From the sequence record NZ_CP120968.1: a stretch of 48,574 nucleotides of DNA. One strand, given 5' to 3'. Below, piece by piece: positions 18,958-29,394 of this stretch. The notes under the pieces are model-generated. The model was not told the origin of the DNA and did not search any database. It worked only from the letters and a program-made list of their open reading frames with translations. The translations under genes and the position numbers were made by a program. The stretch comes from a plasmid. Position 1 is the first letter of the stretch, and every line of letters starts with the position of its first letter.

Positions 18958-20054
18958 AGGGCGAATTTACAATTGAAATGCAACACAAAGTAAAAAAATA
19001 AACCCATACCGGGTAGAATATGTTTAACGACCAAATCAAACAATTCGAGGTATCCGGTATGAGCTATAAACATCTTACTATAAAAGAACGTGAAATACTT
19101 ATGTTTTTACGAACTAAGGGGTTATCTATCCGGGCTGTTGCGTTACGGCTGGGGCGAAATCCAAGCACTATTTCACGGGAGTTAAAACGTTGTGCAGGTA
19201 ATTATTCCCCAAGCAAAGCAGATAATGACTATCATCAAAAGCGGCAGAATTGTCACAAGAAGCGGCTATTAGACAGCCATCCACAATTACGCCGTCAAAT
19301 TGTTCATTACATCTTAGATCTGCACTGGTCACCAGAGCAGATTACCGCTCTCTTTAATAAGGAACATCAATGGTGTGTTAGCTACAACACAATTTACCGT
19401 CATATCTATCAACACAATTTAGGTGAGAAGTACTCCTCACGTGGTGATACCGGTATTCAGCGCCATCTCAGACATAAACATCGGACTCGGCATTCAAAGA
19501 ATACTAGACGACATCGAGAAGTACAGACCGACTATATCTCGATCCATGAGCGCCCTGGTTTTATCAACCAGCGTCAACGTATAGGTGACTGGGAAATTGA
19601 TACTGTGATTGGTCGAACGGGTCACTCCATCCTTTTAACGGTTGTCGATCGGCTTAGTCGGCTTACGCTTATCAAAAAGGTTGTGCAAAAGGACTTGCAG
19701 GAGATAAATAAAGGCTTAGTTGAACTGTTAGGGGCCATTCCTAAAGAATTTGTTCATTCTATTACACCAGATCATGGGACCGAATTTCTTCATCTTGATG
19801 AAATCAGCGAAAGGTTAGGTGTTACTGTCTATTGGCCCGATCCATATTCGCCTGAACAGCGTGGAACAAATGAGAATACAAATGGATTAATCCGGGAATA
19901 TTTTCCCAAGCGAACAGATATTGATAATTATACAGAACAGGACGTTGAACACTGCCAAAAGCAGTTAAATCAACGTCCTCGCAAAGTGTTAAACTATGAA
20001 ACCCCATATGAAGTATTTTTTGACAAACCGTTGCACTTAGTTTGACAATTCGCC
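18958..20054 (+). mobile_element. IS30-family insertion sequence no. 3
   Basis: IRs gggcgaatttacaattgaaa (18958-) and tttgacaattcgcc (20041-20054). Confidence 0.7.
19020..20045 (+). CDS. IS30-family transposase (the true start is probably the internal Met at about 19059, MSYKHLTIKE)
   Basis: Related to the 14471-15436 transposase; DDE core. Confidence 0.85.
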   Translation: MFNDQIKQFEVSGMSYKHLTIKEREILMFLRTKGLSIRAVALRLGRNPSTISRELKRCAGNYSPSKADNDYHQKRQNCHKKRLLDSHPQLRRQIVHYILDLHWSPEQITALFNKEHQWCVSYNTIYRHIYQHNLGEKYSSRGDTGIQRHLRHKHRTRHSKNTRRHREVQTDYISIHERPGFINQRQRIGDWEIDTVIGRTGHSILLTVVDRLSRLTLIKKVVQKDLQEINKGLVELLGAIPKEFVHSITPDHGTEFLHLDEISERLGVTVYWPDPYSPEQRGTNENTNGLIREYFPKRTDIDNYTEQDVEHCQKQLNQRPRKVLNYETPYEVFFDKPLHLV

Positions 20055-20427
20055 ATATATAATTAAGCAATGCACCTTAAAATCGCTTAGAAGACGTTTT
20101 AAAGGGTCTATACGGTGTGCTGTGTTGTGGTGTGTGATTGCTTGGTGTTGAACGTATAGATTTAGATACTATTTGGTCGTGAAATATTTATCCCGCTACT
20201 TTTATTCTAGTAATGTTGATACAATCTACCAAATATTACAATTCATTACAAAAACGGCCTTATATTACAAGCACCCCCTAAAAACGTAATGTTCTGATTA
20301 TTGCACTGCAACACTCACTAGTTATACTAGTCACTGTTGATTGGTTGAGACATCAACTGCTCGACCAATAGAAAATATATGTAAATAATCGAACACACGC
20401 AAATTATAGGAGAGTGTATTATTTATT

Positions 20428-21144
20428 ATGAAGATCAAAAACCTTGTATTATCATCAACTGCTGCATTAGCTTTATTCGCTATCTCAACAACGGTTGCCA
20501 ACGCTGATACTTATACTGTTAAGGCCGGCGATACTGTTTCAGCAATTGCCCAAGCTCACAACACTTCAGTTTCAGCCATTGAAAAGGCAAACAAGTTAGC
20601 TAATGTTAACTTAATCTTCATTGGTGATAAGCTTGAAGTCAATGGTACTACTACAACAACCACGACTTCTGCTGCTACAAGTGCTGCACCACAATCAGCA
20701 ACTAGCCAAGCTACTTCTTCAGCTGCTTCAACAACCTCAACGACTTCAACACAGACGACTCAACAAACGACCACGACACAATCATCAGCTCAGACTAGTC
20801 AAACTCAAGCTCAACCGAGCCAAGCTAGCCAGACCCAATCAAGTCAAACACAAACTAGCAAACCTGCTGCTCAGACGACGACTCAAACGTCTAGTTCAAC
20901 ATCAAACTATAGCAACAATGGTTCTGATAGTGCTGCTAAGGCTTGGATTGCTGGTAAAGAATCTGGTGGTTCATATTCTGCTCGTAACGGTCAATACATC
21001 GGTAAGTACCAATTAAGTGCTTCATACTTAAACGGTGACTACTCCGCTGCCAACCAAGAACGTGTTGCTAACAGTTATGTTGCTTCACGTTATGGTTCAT
21101 GGAGCAACGCCAAGAGTCACTGGCTTGCTAATGGCTGGTACTAA
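20428..21144 (+). CDS. secreted LysM-domain protein with Thr/Ser/Gln-rich linker and Apf-like (aggregation-promoting factor) C-terminal domain
   Basis: Signal peptide, LysM ([14 protein letters not shown]), C-terminal [43 protein letters not shown]. Confidence 0.8.
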   Translation: MKIKNLVLSSTAALALFAISTTVANADTYTVKAGDTVSAIAQAHNTSVSAIEKANKLANVNLIFIGDKLEVNGTTTTTTTSAATSAAPQSATSQATSSAASTTSTTSTQTTQQTTTTQSSAQTSQTQAQPSQASQTQSSQTQTSKPAAQTTTQTSSSTSNYSNNGSDSAAKAWIAGKESGGSYSARNGQYIGKYQLSASYLNGDYSAANQERVANSYVASRYGSWSNAKSHWLANGWY

Positions 21145-21173
21145 AAAGCCACTCTAAATTAATAAACAAATGC

Positions 21174-21210
21174 AAAGATTGCGGATCATTTCTGATTCGC
21201 AATCTTTTTT
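21174..21210 (+). terminator. intrinsic terminator of the LysM/Apf gene
   Basis: aaagattgcggatcatttctgattcgcaatctttttt. Confidence 0.8.
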
Positions 21211-21984
21211 ATACTATATTAAATCTGTGCTGAAGCACGTGTGTCCCCCCACCAATACCCATTATAAAGTTACTCAGTTGCTAAGTGACTTTATAATGGG
21301 CCTTAGCACTTAGCATGCTGACAACCCGTTATTTAGATATGCGATATGCTTATTCTAGCAACCGCTTTAAGACGGACACGATCCAGACCTGCTAGTTGTC
21401 TCCCCCAATCGACGACCCACTCTCCCAACCAAAATACCGCATGTTTTTATTTAACAATTCACCAACCTTAACGGAGAAAATCCAACTAATTTCCTGACTA
21501 AGTACAGTCCCGAACCCCCGACAGTTTGACGACTAGTCCACAACGACAACCACATACCATTCAGCTATGGCGTAATACTAACCCAGTAACGTTTTAGTAG
21601 CGATCGTCATGGGCTACTTTTGGCATAAACCTACTATAGTAATACTTAATTAATCGACGCCTTCGTTAACCGACCACAATTGACTACACGATGCGCAACT
21701 TCTATCAATTATCTGCTTTACCGAAAAATAATTAGTCAGTACCACGTCTCCACGCAATAAAATGACTAGTTAAGTGTCGCTGTAATCAGACCTCCCGACA
21801 AATTAACCCGTCAAAATTTACTAGTTAAGTGCTTAAAATTATCGATAATCATCGTTGACTTTTCATAAATCGACCAAAAGTGATTACTTTTATCGGATAA
21901 AGCGGCTAATTTTCATCATTAGTTTCCCCAATTAATCATTGTCGTTATTGATTTTACAGCTAGTTAATCGGGATTGGTAGCGCT

Positions 21985-22024
21985 ATTTTACAATCTACCA
22001 TTTACACAAGATATTTTACGCTCT
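21985..22024. repeat. abutting solo terminal repeats of IS30-family (attttacaatctacc) and IS256-family (catttacacaagatattttacgctctc) elements
   Basis: The first matches the IS30 no.1 right IR (14401-14415), the second is the reverse complement of the IS256 left IR (43329-43355); no transposase nearby. Confidence 0.6.
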
Positions 22025-22250
22025 CGGTAACTCTGCTGGGTATACTAGTATCAACGATACGTACACTATGTATAATGATGCCCAAGTAAACATAACTGCT
22101 GAAAAAATCAAGAAAAACAATGGGCAAGTACTCTTCAATAATAAAATTAAGCCTGAAGTGCAAACTAACAGGCCAATTGTTCAAGCAAACAATTGGCTAT
22201 TAACTAAAAACTAGTTTTTGGTTAGAGATCGGTTGATCTCTAGCTTCCAC

Positions 22251-22275
22251 TGTATAATAGATTAAACAAGAAGTT
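22251..22275 (+). promoter_or_regulatory. displaced promoter fragment of type I TA copy 2
   Basis: ctgtataatagattaaacaagaagtt, same as 1620-1644 apart from 2 SNPs. Confidence 0.5.
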
Positions 22276-23935
22276 TTCTACGTAAAGTCAAGTATATTAG
22301 GACTCTAAAGTCTTAATTTCTGACATATTTGACATCATTGCTTTAATCGGGGCGTTTTATTCCTAAATTTGGAGCATCACAAAAGGCTTCAAAGAAATTA
22401 CTTCTTTGAAGTTAACCTAGGCTATAATGAACATGATCAATTAATTACGACAAAAGTCTTTTTGATTATTGTTGGCTACGTTGTAATCATACATTTGATC
22501 AGTGATAATCAAAATGTAGACCGTTCTAAGCAATTTATGGATTGAAGCAATGGCAATTTTCTTGAACCCCTTTGTTTGAGAAAATTGCTTTTTTCGTTCA
22601 TAGTAATCTGCTATATGACATGGACTAGTCTTAGCCGCTAGATCGATTTGTCCAATTGCACGATAAAGAATCTTCCGCGCAACAGCATTGCCGTGCTTAG
22701 AGATCCTTAAACTAGAATCTTTTTCCCCTGATTGATATCTACCTGGATCAATACCAACAAAAGCATTTATCTTGTTTGGATTACTGAATCTTCTAATGTC
22801 GCCTAATTCGGCTAGAATTCGGACGGCAGTTATTTCAGCGATACCAGGAATACTCATTAAGATTTCTAGATCACGATTAGGCAAAGTCTTAGCTAATTTA
22901 ATCATTGCCTCTGATCTCCGCTCGCGATCAGCTGTAAGCCGTAATAATCTATTGGCGTAATAAACCACTTCATCACGCTCTGGGTCGTCTTGATCGACTG
23001 CTGGATAAGCTAAATCCGCGAGATGCTTAAGTTTAATAGCTAGTTTTTGAGCACGGTTAATACCATAACCTTTAAAATCTTTAATTTGCTTAGCGATGGT
23101 TGATACGTCAAGATTTCTAACATCTTGGCAGTGTGGAAAGAGCTCAACTAAATACCAGTAATTAACTCCTCTAGAGTTATTGAAAATGGTTTCTAATTCT
23201 GGAAAAGTTAACTGTAAATATTTATGAAGTCGATTCTTGGAAGAAACAATATCGTGAGTTAATTCTTCATAAGCCCGACTTAAAGATTGCAATTGATGAT
23301 AAGCCTCAGGCTCTTTTCGATTAGGTTGATGCTGATTTCGATCTTGAGCTAGTGCCAAATGGTAAGCATCATTGCGATCGGTTTTATTGCGACGTAAGCC
23401 CTGATTAATTTCTTTCTTAGCCTTTAAAGGATTAAGAAGAACATAATCATAATCGTATTCATCTAAAAATCTAGTAATTCTGCGTGAATAAATTCCAGTT
23501 GCTTCTAAGATGATTTGTGGATGTTCGGCGTATTCTTTTAGATCTATCAATAGAGTTTTAAAGCCGATAGTATCGTTAGTGATCTTATATTCTCGTGTGA
23601 CGCCACTCTGAAGTACACAAACACTGGAATCACGACTACTTACATCTATGCCAAAGACAATGCTCATTTTTAAACCCTCCTAAATAGCTGTTAGTGGTTG
23701 GAACGTATTTACTAAGGTAATTATTTCTAATTTTCTAAACTGGACATCAAGTGTCGACATTCTTCGAAGAGAATACTAATTACTAAGTAAAACTGCCTGT
23801 TTTAAGGACGACGTCAAGCGTCTAAACTTCTTACGGCATATAGTTTCACCACTATTTAAAGTTTAGAACAAAACTAAAATAGTGAATCAACTATCCCGTC
23901 GGATAATCGATTCACTATAAAGCTTAGAATGTTTT
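22276..23935 (-). mobile_element. IS110-family insertion sequence, copy 2
   Basis: Collinear with 1645-3303 and about 98 percent identical; the flanks outside the TA repeat are unrelated. Confidence 0.7.
22441..23667 (-). CDS. IS110-family DEDD transposase/recombinase (408 aa)
   Basis: Same as 1809-3035 with about 8 aa substitutions. Confidence 0.9.
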   Translation of the reverse strand: MSIVFGIDVSSRDSSVCVLQSGVTREYKITNDTIGFKTLLIDLKEYAEHPQIILEATGIYSRRITRFLDEYDYDYVLLNPLKAKKEINQGLRRNKTDRNDAYHLALAQDRNQHQPNRKEPEAYHQLQSLSRAYEELTHDIVSSKNRLHKYLQLTFPELETIFNNSRGVNYWYLVELFPHCQDVRNLDVSTIAKQIKDFKGYGINRAQKLAIKLKHLADLAYPAVDQDDPERDEVVYYANRLLRLTADRERRSEAMIKLAKTLPNRDLEILMSIPGIAEITAVRILAELGDIRRFSNPNKINAFVGIDPGRYQSGEKDSSLRISKHGNAVARKILYRAIGQIDLAAKTSPCHIADYYERKKQFSQTKGFKKIAIASIHKLLRTVYILIITDQMYDYNVANNNQKDFCRN

Positions 23936-24014
23936 AAGGGCGGTGGCTGTCTTTTCCCTTGCGAGGTGAGGCCCATGGGAACATGGAATAATCTTCAGGA
24001 AGGTTTCACAGTCA

Positions 24015-24104
24015 ATGAGCGTCTTCCAGGCACTCTCGTTGATGTTGCTGTTTGGCACGTTTTTAATCGCGCTACTCAGCTATATCGACAAGCACCACAA
24101 ATAA
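24015..24104 (+). CDS. type I toxin-like peptide (MSVFQALSLMLLFGTFLIALLSYIDKHHK)
   Basis: One substitution relative to copy 1. Confidence 0.6.
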   Translation: MSVFQALSLMLLFGTFLIALLSYIDKHHK

Positions 24105-24226
24105 AAAAGCCGCCCTGCGTAACTTTGGTAGGTTACAGGGTAGCTTAATGCTGTCTTATTAACTTCGCCACCGCCTTTGAAGCGGCTTGCGTAGGAAGTC
24201 TTGTTAGCGCAAGGCTTCCTTTTCTG
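24102..24226 (-). ncRNA. putative antitoxin sRNA, copy 2
   Basis: Minus-strand TGCTATAAT (reverse complement of 24231-24239) and minus-strand terminator. Confidence 0.45.
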
Positions 24227-24440
24227 TCTACATTATAGCATGACTATGAAAAATTGGGTAGCAAGGCATTTTCGGCATATTATTTATCTTTGTATTTTTC
24301 AAAATAGGTTCAACTAATTCTGTTTCAGCGTTTTTCGTACTTCACCGTATTTGTATATAGTTTTCCAATATGTTTATGTCTGCCAACGGATCCACTTAAT
24401 CTGATACCTACCATTATGATAAACCAATTTACCTATTAAC

Positions 24441-26009
24441 TTAGTCTTGGTGCTTTTTTTCTAAGGTTGCTAATAATGCATCAATCCGTTGTTTAACTTG
24501 GGGTCGTTGGGTTGTATCAGTTAACAGTACTAACGTATCACCTTCATGAATCAAGGTGTCACCATGTGGAATCACTTCTTGTTCGCCACGCCGGATTCCA
24601 ATGAGCAGTGCTTCTTTAGGCCATGGCATGTCTCGGACCATTTTGCCGTTTAAGGGACTGCCAAAGAAAACCGGTATTTCCAAATGATCAGGTCGATGAA
24701 GTTGCTGAACAGTTTTAGGCATTGTCATCTGCTTAAGCAATGCTTCATAGATTGGTGCACCGCCTAATAAATCAACAACAAGGTAAGCAGTTAACGATAT
24801 GACTGCTAATGGCATTAAATGTGTTAAATTGCCAACCATTTCTGTTACCAGCAAGATAGCTGTGAAGGGAGCTTTTCCGATTCCAGCAAAGTAACCGGCC
24901 ATGGAAAAAATGATTAGGTTCATGATATAGACATGCGATAATAATCCTAATTGATTCATTAAGACGCCATAAACCGCACCAATCACAGCACCTAAAGAAA
25001 GAATCGGCAAGAAAATACCGCCAGGTAATCCGGAACCATATGAAATCATTGAAAAGACGAATCGTATAATAAAAATTGCAATTAGTACAAACAAAGGTGG
25101 AACATACTGGCCAAATCCAACAATTAAGCCATTACCACCACCGAGTAAATTTGGCGAAAAGTAACCAACTAAAATTACCAGCAGAAATGGTACGATACCT
25201 TGTATTGGGCGTGGCAAATGTGTCAATTGATGATACCACCTAGGCATAACTAACAAGACCCGTTGATATAAGTAACCAAATAATCCCAAAACAATGCCGA
25301 GTAAAATTAAGTGCCAATAATTTGATACTGGTAAACTACGTGAATAACTTAAATGTAACACGGGAACAAGTCCGAAAACATTCAGCGAAATAAAATTTGA
25401 ACCAATTGCTCCGGCTAATGCTGTTAACCAAACCAGCGGTGAAAAATTATGGTAAATCTCTTCTAAGACAAATAGAGTTCCAGCAATGGGGGCATTAAAC
25501 GCTGCTGCTAATCCAGCAGCGGCGCCTGATGCAATTAGTAGTCGGCGATCAGTTCCTGATAACTTAAACCCAGAAGCGAAACCTTGACCAACTGACGCAC
25601 CTAATTGAATCGACGGTCCTTCTCGTCCGAGAAATAATCCAGGTCCCAATGCCAGAATACCACCGATAAATTTTCGCCAAAGAATTGACCACCAGTGCAT
25701 TTCCAATTCACCAGCCAATTGACCTTCAACTTGCGGAATTCCAGAACCAGCGATATAAGGTTCTCTCTTGAGAAGTCGAGCCACAATTAACGCTAAACCA
25801 AGGTTGATGCCAATCAACAATGCCCATTCCCACCAAACAAACGGCGCGATTCGTAAGTATCTATATACCAATCGACTATAGTGCAGCCCTATCTCAATAC
25901 AATAGCGAAATAAGCTAACAACGGTGCCACTCATTAAACCCACAAGCAGGCCGAGTAAAACAAATCGCAAACGAGTAACGTCAAATTTTTCTTTTACAAG
26001 CTGTATCAA
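24441..26009 (-). CDS. ClC-family chloride channel / H+-Cl- antiporter with C-terminal TrkA-C (RCK_C) domain
   Basis: GSGIPQVEG and GREGP selectivity motifs; C-terminal VIPHGDTLIHEGDTLVLL. Confidence 0.85.
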   Translation of the reverse strand: MIQLVKEKFDVTRLRFVLLGLLVGLMSGTVVSLFRYCIEIGLHYSRLVYRYLRIAPFVWWEWALLIGINLGLALIVARLLKREPYIAGSGIPQVEGQLAGELEMHWWSILWRKFIGGILALGPGLFLGREGPSIQLGASVGQGFASGFKLSGTDRRLLIASGAAAGLAAAFNAPIAGTLFVLEEIYHNFSPLVWLTALAGAIGSNFISLNVFGLVPVLHLSYSRSLPVSNYWHLILLGIVLGLFGYLYQRVLLVMPRWYHQLTHLPRPIQGIVPFLLVILVGYFSPNLLGGGNGLIVGFGQYVPPLFVLIAIFIIRFVFSMISYGSGLPGGIFLPILSLGAVIGAVYGVLMNQLGLLSHVYIMNLIIFSMAGYFAGIGKAPFTAILLVTEMVGNLTHLMPLAVISLTAYLVVDLLGGAPIYEALLKQMTMPKTVQQLHRPDHLEIPVFFGSPLNGKMVRDMPWPKEALLIGIRRGEQEVIPHGDTLIHEGDTLVLLTDTTQRPQVKQRIDALLATLEKKHQD

Positions 26010-26126
26010 ATAACTAATCCTCCATTATAACCAATATTATATAATTTAGTACTTAATTAAACTAGGGACTGTCTGAAAACTAAAAATTCAGGTATAATCT
26101 GAGGAAAAACGAATCGAGGCATTCCG

Positions 26127-26498
26127 ATGACAACACCTAAACGATACGAACTGGAAGATGCTCAGTGGGACCGAATCAAAGGATACTTCCCGCCATACCG
26201 GACTGGCCGTCCATCAAGCCTAGACAACCGTACCGCCCTCAACGCTATCCTCTGGCTCATGCGCAGCGGGGCTCCTTGGCGTGATCTACCTGAACGCTAT
26301 GGCTCTTGGAAAACGGTGTATAGTCGCTTCCGAGCCTGGGTAAGTTCAGGCTTGTTCGAACAGGTTTTTCTCGAATTGATTGACGATCCCGACATGGAAA
26401 ACTTGAGCTTAGATTCAACGATCGTTCGAGCGCATCAAAAGGCCACTGGGGCAAAAAAAATGCCGAATGTATGGTCGAAAATCAAGCTATTGGATTAA
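26127..26498 (+). CDS. IS5-family transposase OrfA
   Basis: DDE_Tnp_1-type N-terminal part. Confidence 0.8.
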   Translation: MTTPKRYELEDAQWDRIKGYFPPYRTGRPSSLDNRTALNAILWLMRSGAPWRDLPERYGSWKTVYSRFRAWVSSGLFEQVFLELIDDPDMENLSLDSTIVRAHQKATGAKKMPNVWSKIKLLD

Positions 26499-26902
26499 GT
26501 CGAGGTGGCCGAACGACCAAGATTTACGCACTCGTTGACGGATTAGGGAATCCCTTGGGTTTTCGCCTAACAGGTGGTCAAGTACATGATAGCCAAGTTG
26601 CCAGTGAGTTGCTGGAAGGCTTCGATATTTCTCAATCAAATATTATCGCGGATAAAGCCTATGGCACCGCGAAACTTCGCCAGTATATTGAAGATAAAGC
26701 AGGCGTCTATACCATTCCGCCAAAGGAAAATACCAAAGACAAGTGGACCTGTGATTACCACGTTTATTGTGAGCGCCATTTGATTGAGAACTTCTTCAAT
26801 CAGTTGAAGAACTTTCGTAGGATTGCAACGCGTTATGATAAGCTCGCTCATGTTTATCTGGCTACGGTCTACATTGCCTCAATTTGCATCTTACTTAAGT
26901 AG
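26471..26902 (+). CDS. IS5-family transposase OrfB
   Basis: C-terminal DDE part, -1 frame relative to orfA. Confidence 0.8.
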   Translation: MVENQAIGLSRGGRTTKIYALVDGLGNPLGFRLTGGQVHDSQVASELLEGFDISQSNIIADKAYGTAKLRQYIEDKAGVYTIPPKENTKDKWTCDYHVYCERHLIENFFNQLKNFRRIATRYDKLAHVYLATVYIASICILLK

Positions 26903-26986
26903 TTTTAAGACGGACCCTAGGTAATATCTCGATGAAATCTAGTAGTTATTTTTCACAGAGAAGGGGTGTCATACCGCTAAAATGTT

Positions 26987-28141
26987 TTAGTAGTTTATAT
27001 GACGAGCCGCATGTTTGAGTAGTAATGGTGCTAATAACGTTGTTAGGATAATGGCAGTGATAATTGCCGAATAGTAATCATCACTGATTAGTTTGGATTG
27101 GTAGCCTATTTGAGCGATAATCAAGGCCATTTCCCCACGCGAGACCATCCCTGCACCAACGAGGTAAGCTTCATTCGAACTGAATCCGGCCCATTTAGCC
27201 CCACTTCCCGCTCCTAATAGTTTCGTCAGTGTTGCCACAATTGTCAATACGATAATTAATAACAAATCGTGTTCTATGCCAGCTAGTGACATACTTAAAC
27301 CAATTGAAACGAAGAATACAGGAATGAAAATCGCATAACCGATTGGTTCGATACTTTGATCAACTTCATGAGCTACATGAGTTTGTGCAATCGCAATTCC
27401 TGCAAAAAAGGCCCCAATTACTGCACTCAGTCCAATCAGATTTGCAATATATGCCATACCAAAACACAAAATCATCGCCATTATAGTAGGTCCCACTGGA
27501 TTCAATAATTTGGTGCCTAGTCTAGCGAGGAGAGGGGCGATAAAACGCATCACGAAATAAATTGCGGCAAAGTAAATTAGCTGCTCTAAAAAAGTCAGAG
27601 CTAGCGGTATCTGGGTATCCGTACCAGCCTTTGTACCTATTAAACTGACCATAATGCTAAGTAAAACGACAGCTAGCACATCGTCAACCACCGCGGCACC
27701 GAGGACTGTTGAACCGCTCTTACTATCAAGTAAATTTAGTTCTTTCATGACAGCAACTGAAATTGAAACCGACGTTGCGGCAAAAATAACGCTCAAAAAC
27801 AAGCTTTCAAATTGTGTCAAGCCAAAAACAATACCAACTGGATAGATCAGTACCATTGGAATCAAAACTCCTAACAACGCGACAATTATGCTAGGACGCA
27901 AATATTTTTTAAGCAATGTAAGATCACTCTCAAGTCCGGCGATAAACATTAAGATGATAACCCCAATCTCTGAAAAAATATGGATAAAATCATTAGCGTG
28001 AACCCAATTCAACAACGCAGGGCCAAGAATAATTCCAACAAATAATTGACCGATCACTGCTGGGATACCAACCCTAGAGGCTAGATGGCCAAATAGACTA
28101 GTTGCAATCAAGATGATCACCAAGGTACCTAAAAATTCCAA
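26987..28141 (-). CDS. cation:proton antiporter (CPA2/NapA-KefB-like Na+/H+ exchanger)
   Basis: 384 aa, about 12 TM segments, typical CPA2 N-terminus MEFLGTLVIILIATSLFGHLASRVGIPAVIGQLFVGIILGP. Confidence 0.8.
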   Translation of the reverse strand: MEFLGTLVIILIATSLFGHLASRVGIPAVIGQLFVGIILGPALLNWVHANDFIHIFSEIGVIILMFIAGLESDLTLLKKYLRPSIIVALLGVLIPMVLIYPVGIVFGLTQFESLFLSVIFAATSVSISVAVMKELNLLDSKSGSTVLGAAVVDDVLAVVLLSIMVSLIGTKAGTDTQIPLALTFLEQLIYFAAIYFVMRFIAPLLARLGTKLLNPVGPTIMAMILCFGMAYIANLIGLSAVIGAFFAGIAIAQTHVAHEVDQSIEPIGYAIFIPVFFVSIGLSMSLAGIEHDLLLIIVLTIVATLTKLLGAGSGAKWAGFSSNEAYLVGAGMVSRGEMALIIAQIGYQSKLISDDYYSAIITAIILTTLLAPLLLKHAARHINY

Positions 28142-28511
28142 ACAAAAACCTCCTCATACAAAAAACGTAAACCCAGATACCTCTTCCACACCCCTGAAAG
28201 AGAACACCTTGAGCTTACGTCAACCGATTTATTTATTCATATTTTGATAATACCCTTTATATGATAGCAGACTAATCAAAAATATTCAAGTAACGATAAG
28301 TTGTCGTATTTAGTTACTTATTTCGAAACACGGACACCGCCAATTTTAAAAGTGACCTCTGAATTTTCCGGCATATGTGCCGGTTCGCCTGTTTTAGATA
28401 TCGGAATCGTCTTCTCCAGCTATAAATCATGCTGGATACATAACCGAGCTAAAAAGACACCGTAGGTATATTATCACGTCCAAGTAATCCAAACTAGGGT
28501 CCGTCTTAAAA

Positions 28512-28943
28512 CTACTTAAGTAAGATGCAAATTGAGGCAATGTAGACCGTAGCCAGATAAACATGAGCGAGCTTATCATAACGCGTTGCAATCCTACGAA
28601 AGTTCTTCAACTGATTGAAGAAGTTCTCAATCAAATGGCGCTCACAATAAACGTGGTAATCACAGGTCCACTTGTCTTTGGTATTTTCCTTTGGCGGAAT
28701 GGTATAGACGCCTGCTTTATCTTCAATATACTGGCGAAGTTTCGCGGTGCCATAGGCTTTATCCGCGATAATATTTGATTGAGAAATATCGAAGCCTTCC
28801 AGCAACTCACTGGCAACTTGGCTATCATGTACTTGACCACCTGTTAGGCGAAAACCCAAGGGATTCCCTAATCCGTCAACGAGTGCGTAAATCTTGGTCG
28901 TTCGGCCACCTCGACTTAATCCAATAGCTTGATTTTCGACCAT
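28512..28943 (-). CDS. IS5-family transposase OrfB
   Basis: Identical to 26471-26902. Confidence 0.8.
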   Translation of the reverse strand: MVENQAIGLSRGGRTTKIYALVDGLGNPLGFRLTGGQVHDSQVASELLEGFDISQSNIIADKAYGTAKLRQYIEDKAGVYTIPPKENTKDKWTCDYHVYCERHLIENFFNQLKNFRRIATRYDKLAHVYLATVYIASICILLK

Positions 28944-29287
28944 ACATTCGGCATTTTTTTTGCCCCAGTGGCCTTTTGATGCGCTCGAACGATCGTTGAA
29001 TCTAAGCTCAAGTTTTCCATGTCGGGATCGTCAATCAATTCGAGAAAAACCTGTTCGAACAAGCCTGAACTTACCCAGGCTCGGAAGCGACTATACACCG
29101 TTTTCCAAGAGCCATAGCGTTCAGGTAGATCACGCCAAGGAGCCCCGCTGCGCATGAGCCAGAGGATAGCGTTGAGGGCGGTACGGTTGTCTAGGCTTGA
29201 TGGACGGCCAGTCCGGTATGGCGGGAAGTATCCTTTGATTCGGTCCCACTGAGCATCTTCCAGTTCGTATCGTTTAGGTGTTGTCAT
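28916..29287 (-). CDS. IS5-family transposase OrfA
   Basis: Identical to 26127-26498. Confidence 0.8.
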   Translation of the reverse strand: MTTPKRYELEDAQWDRIKGYFPPYRTGRPSSLDNRTALNAILWLMRSGAPWRDLPERYGSWKTVYSRFRAWVSSGLFEQVFLELIDDPDMENLSLDSTIVRAHQKATGAKKMPNVWSKIKLLD

Positions 29288-29394
29288 CGGAATGCCTCGA
29301 TTCGTTTTTCCTCAGATTATACCTGAATTTTTAGTTTTCAGACAGTCCCTAGTAGATTATAGCCGTTTTTTCATATTAAAACGTCTATTAATTT

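Larger units (their letters stand above)
23936..24242 (+). other. type I toxin-antitoxin locus body, copy 2
   Basis: Same architecture as 3304-3612; terminator stem varies compensatorily (ggaagtctt..aaggcttcc versus ggaagtcc..ggggcttcc). Confidence 0.65.
26062..26920 (+). mobile_element. IS5-family (IS427-group) insertion sequence, copy A (859 bp)
   Basis: Terminal IRs ctagggactgtctgaaaact / revcomp of agttttaagacggaccctag; two ORFs joined by a -1 frameshift at an A8 run (26453-26460). Confidence 0.8.
28494..29352 (-). mobile_element. IS5-family (IS427-group) insertion sequence, copy B, inverted relative to copy A
   Basis: Same IR-to-IR coordinates; encoded proteins identical to copy A. Confidence 0.8.

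Noticed and set aside
20621-21016. 131-aa ORF in an alternative frame of the LysM/Apf gene
   Set aside because: It is a low-complexity frame of the Thr/Ser/Gln-rich linker region, on the same strand as the real gene.
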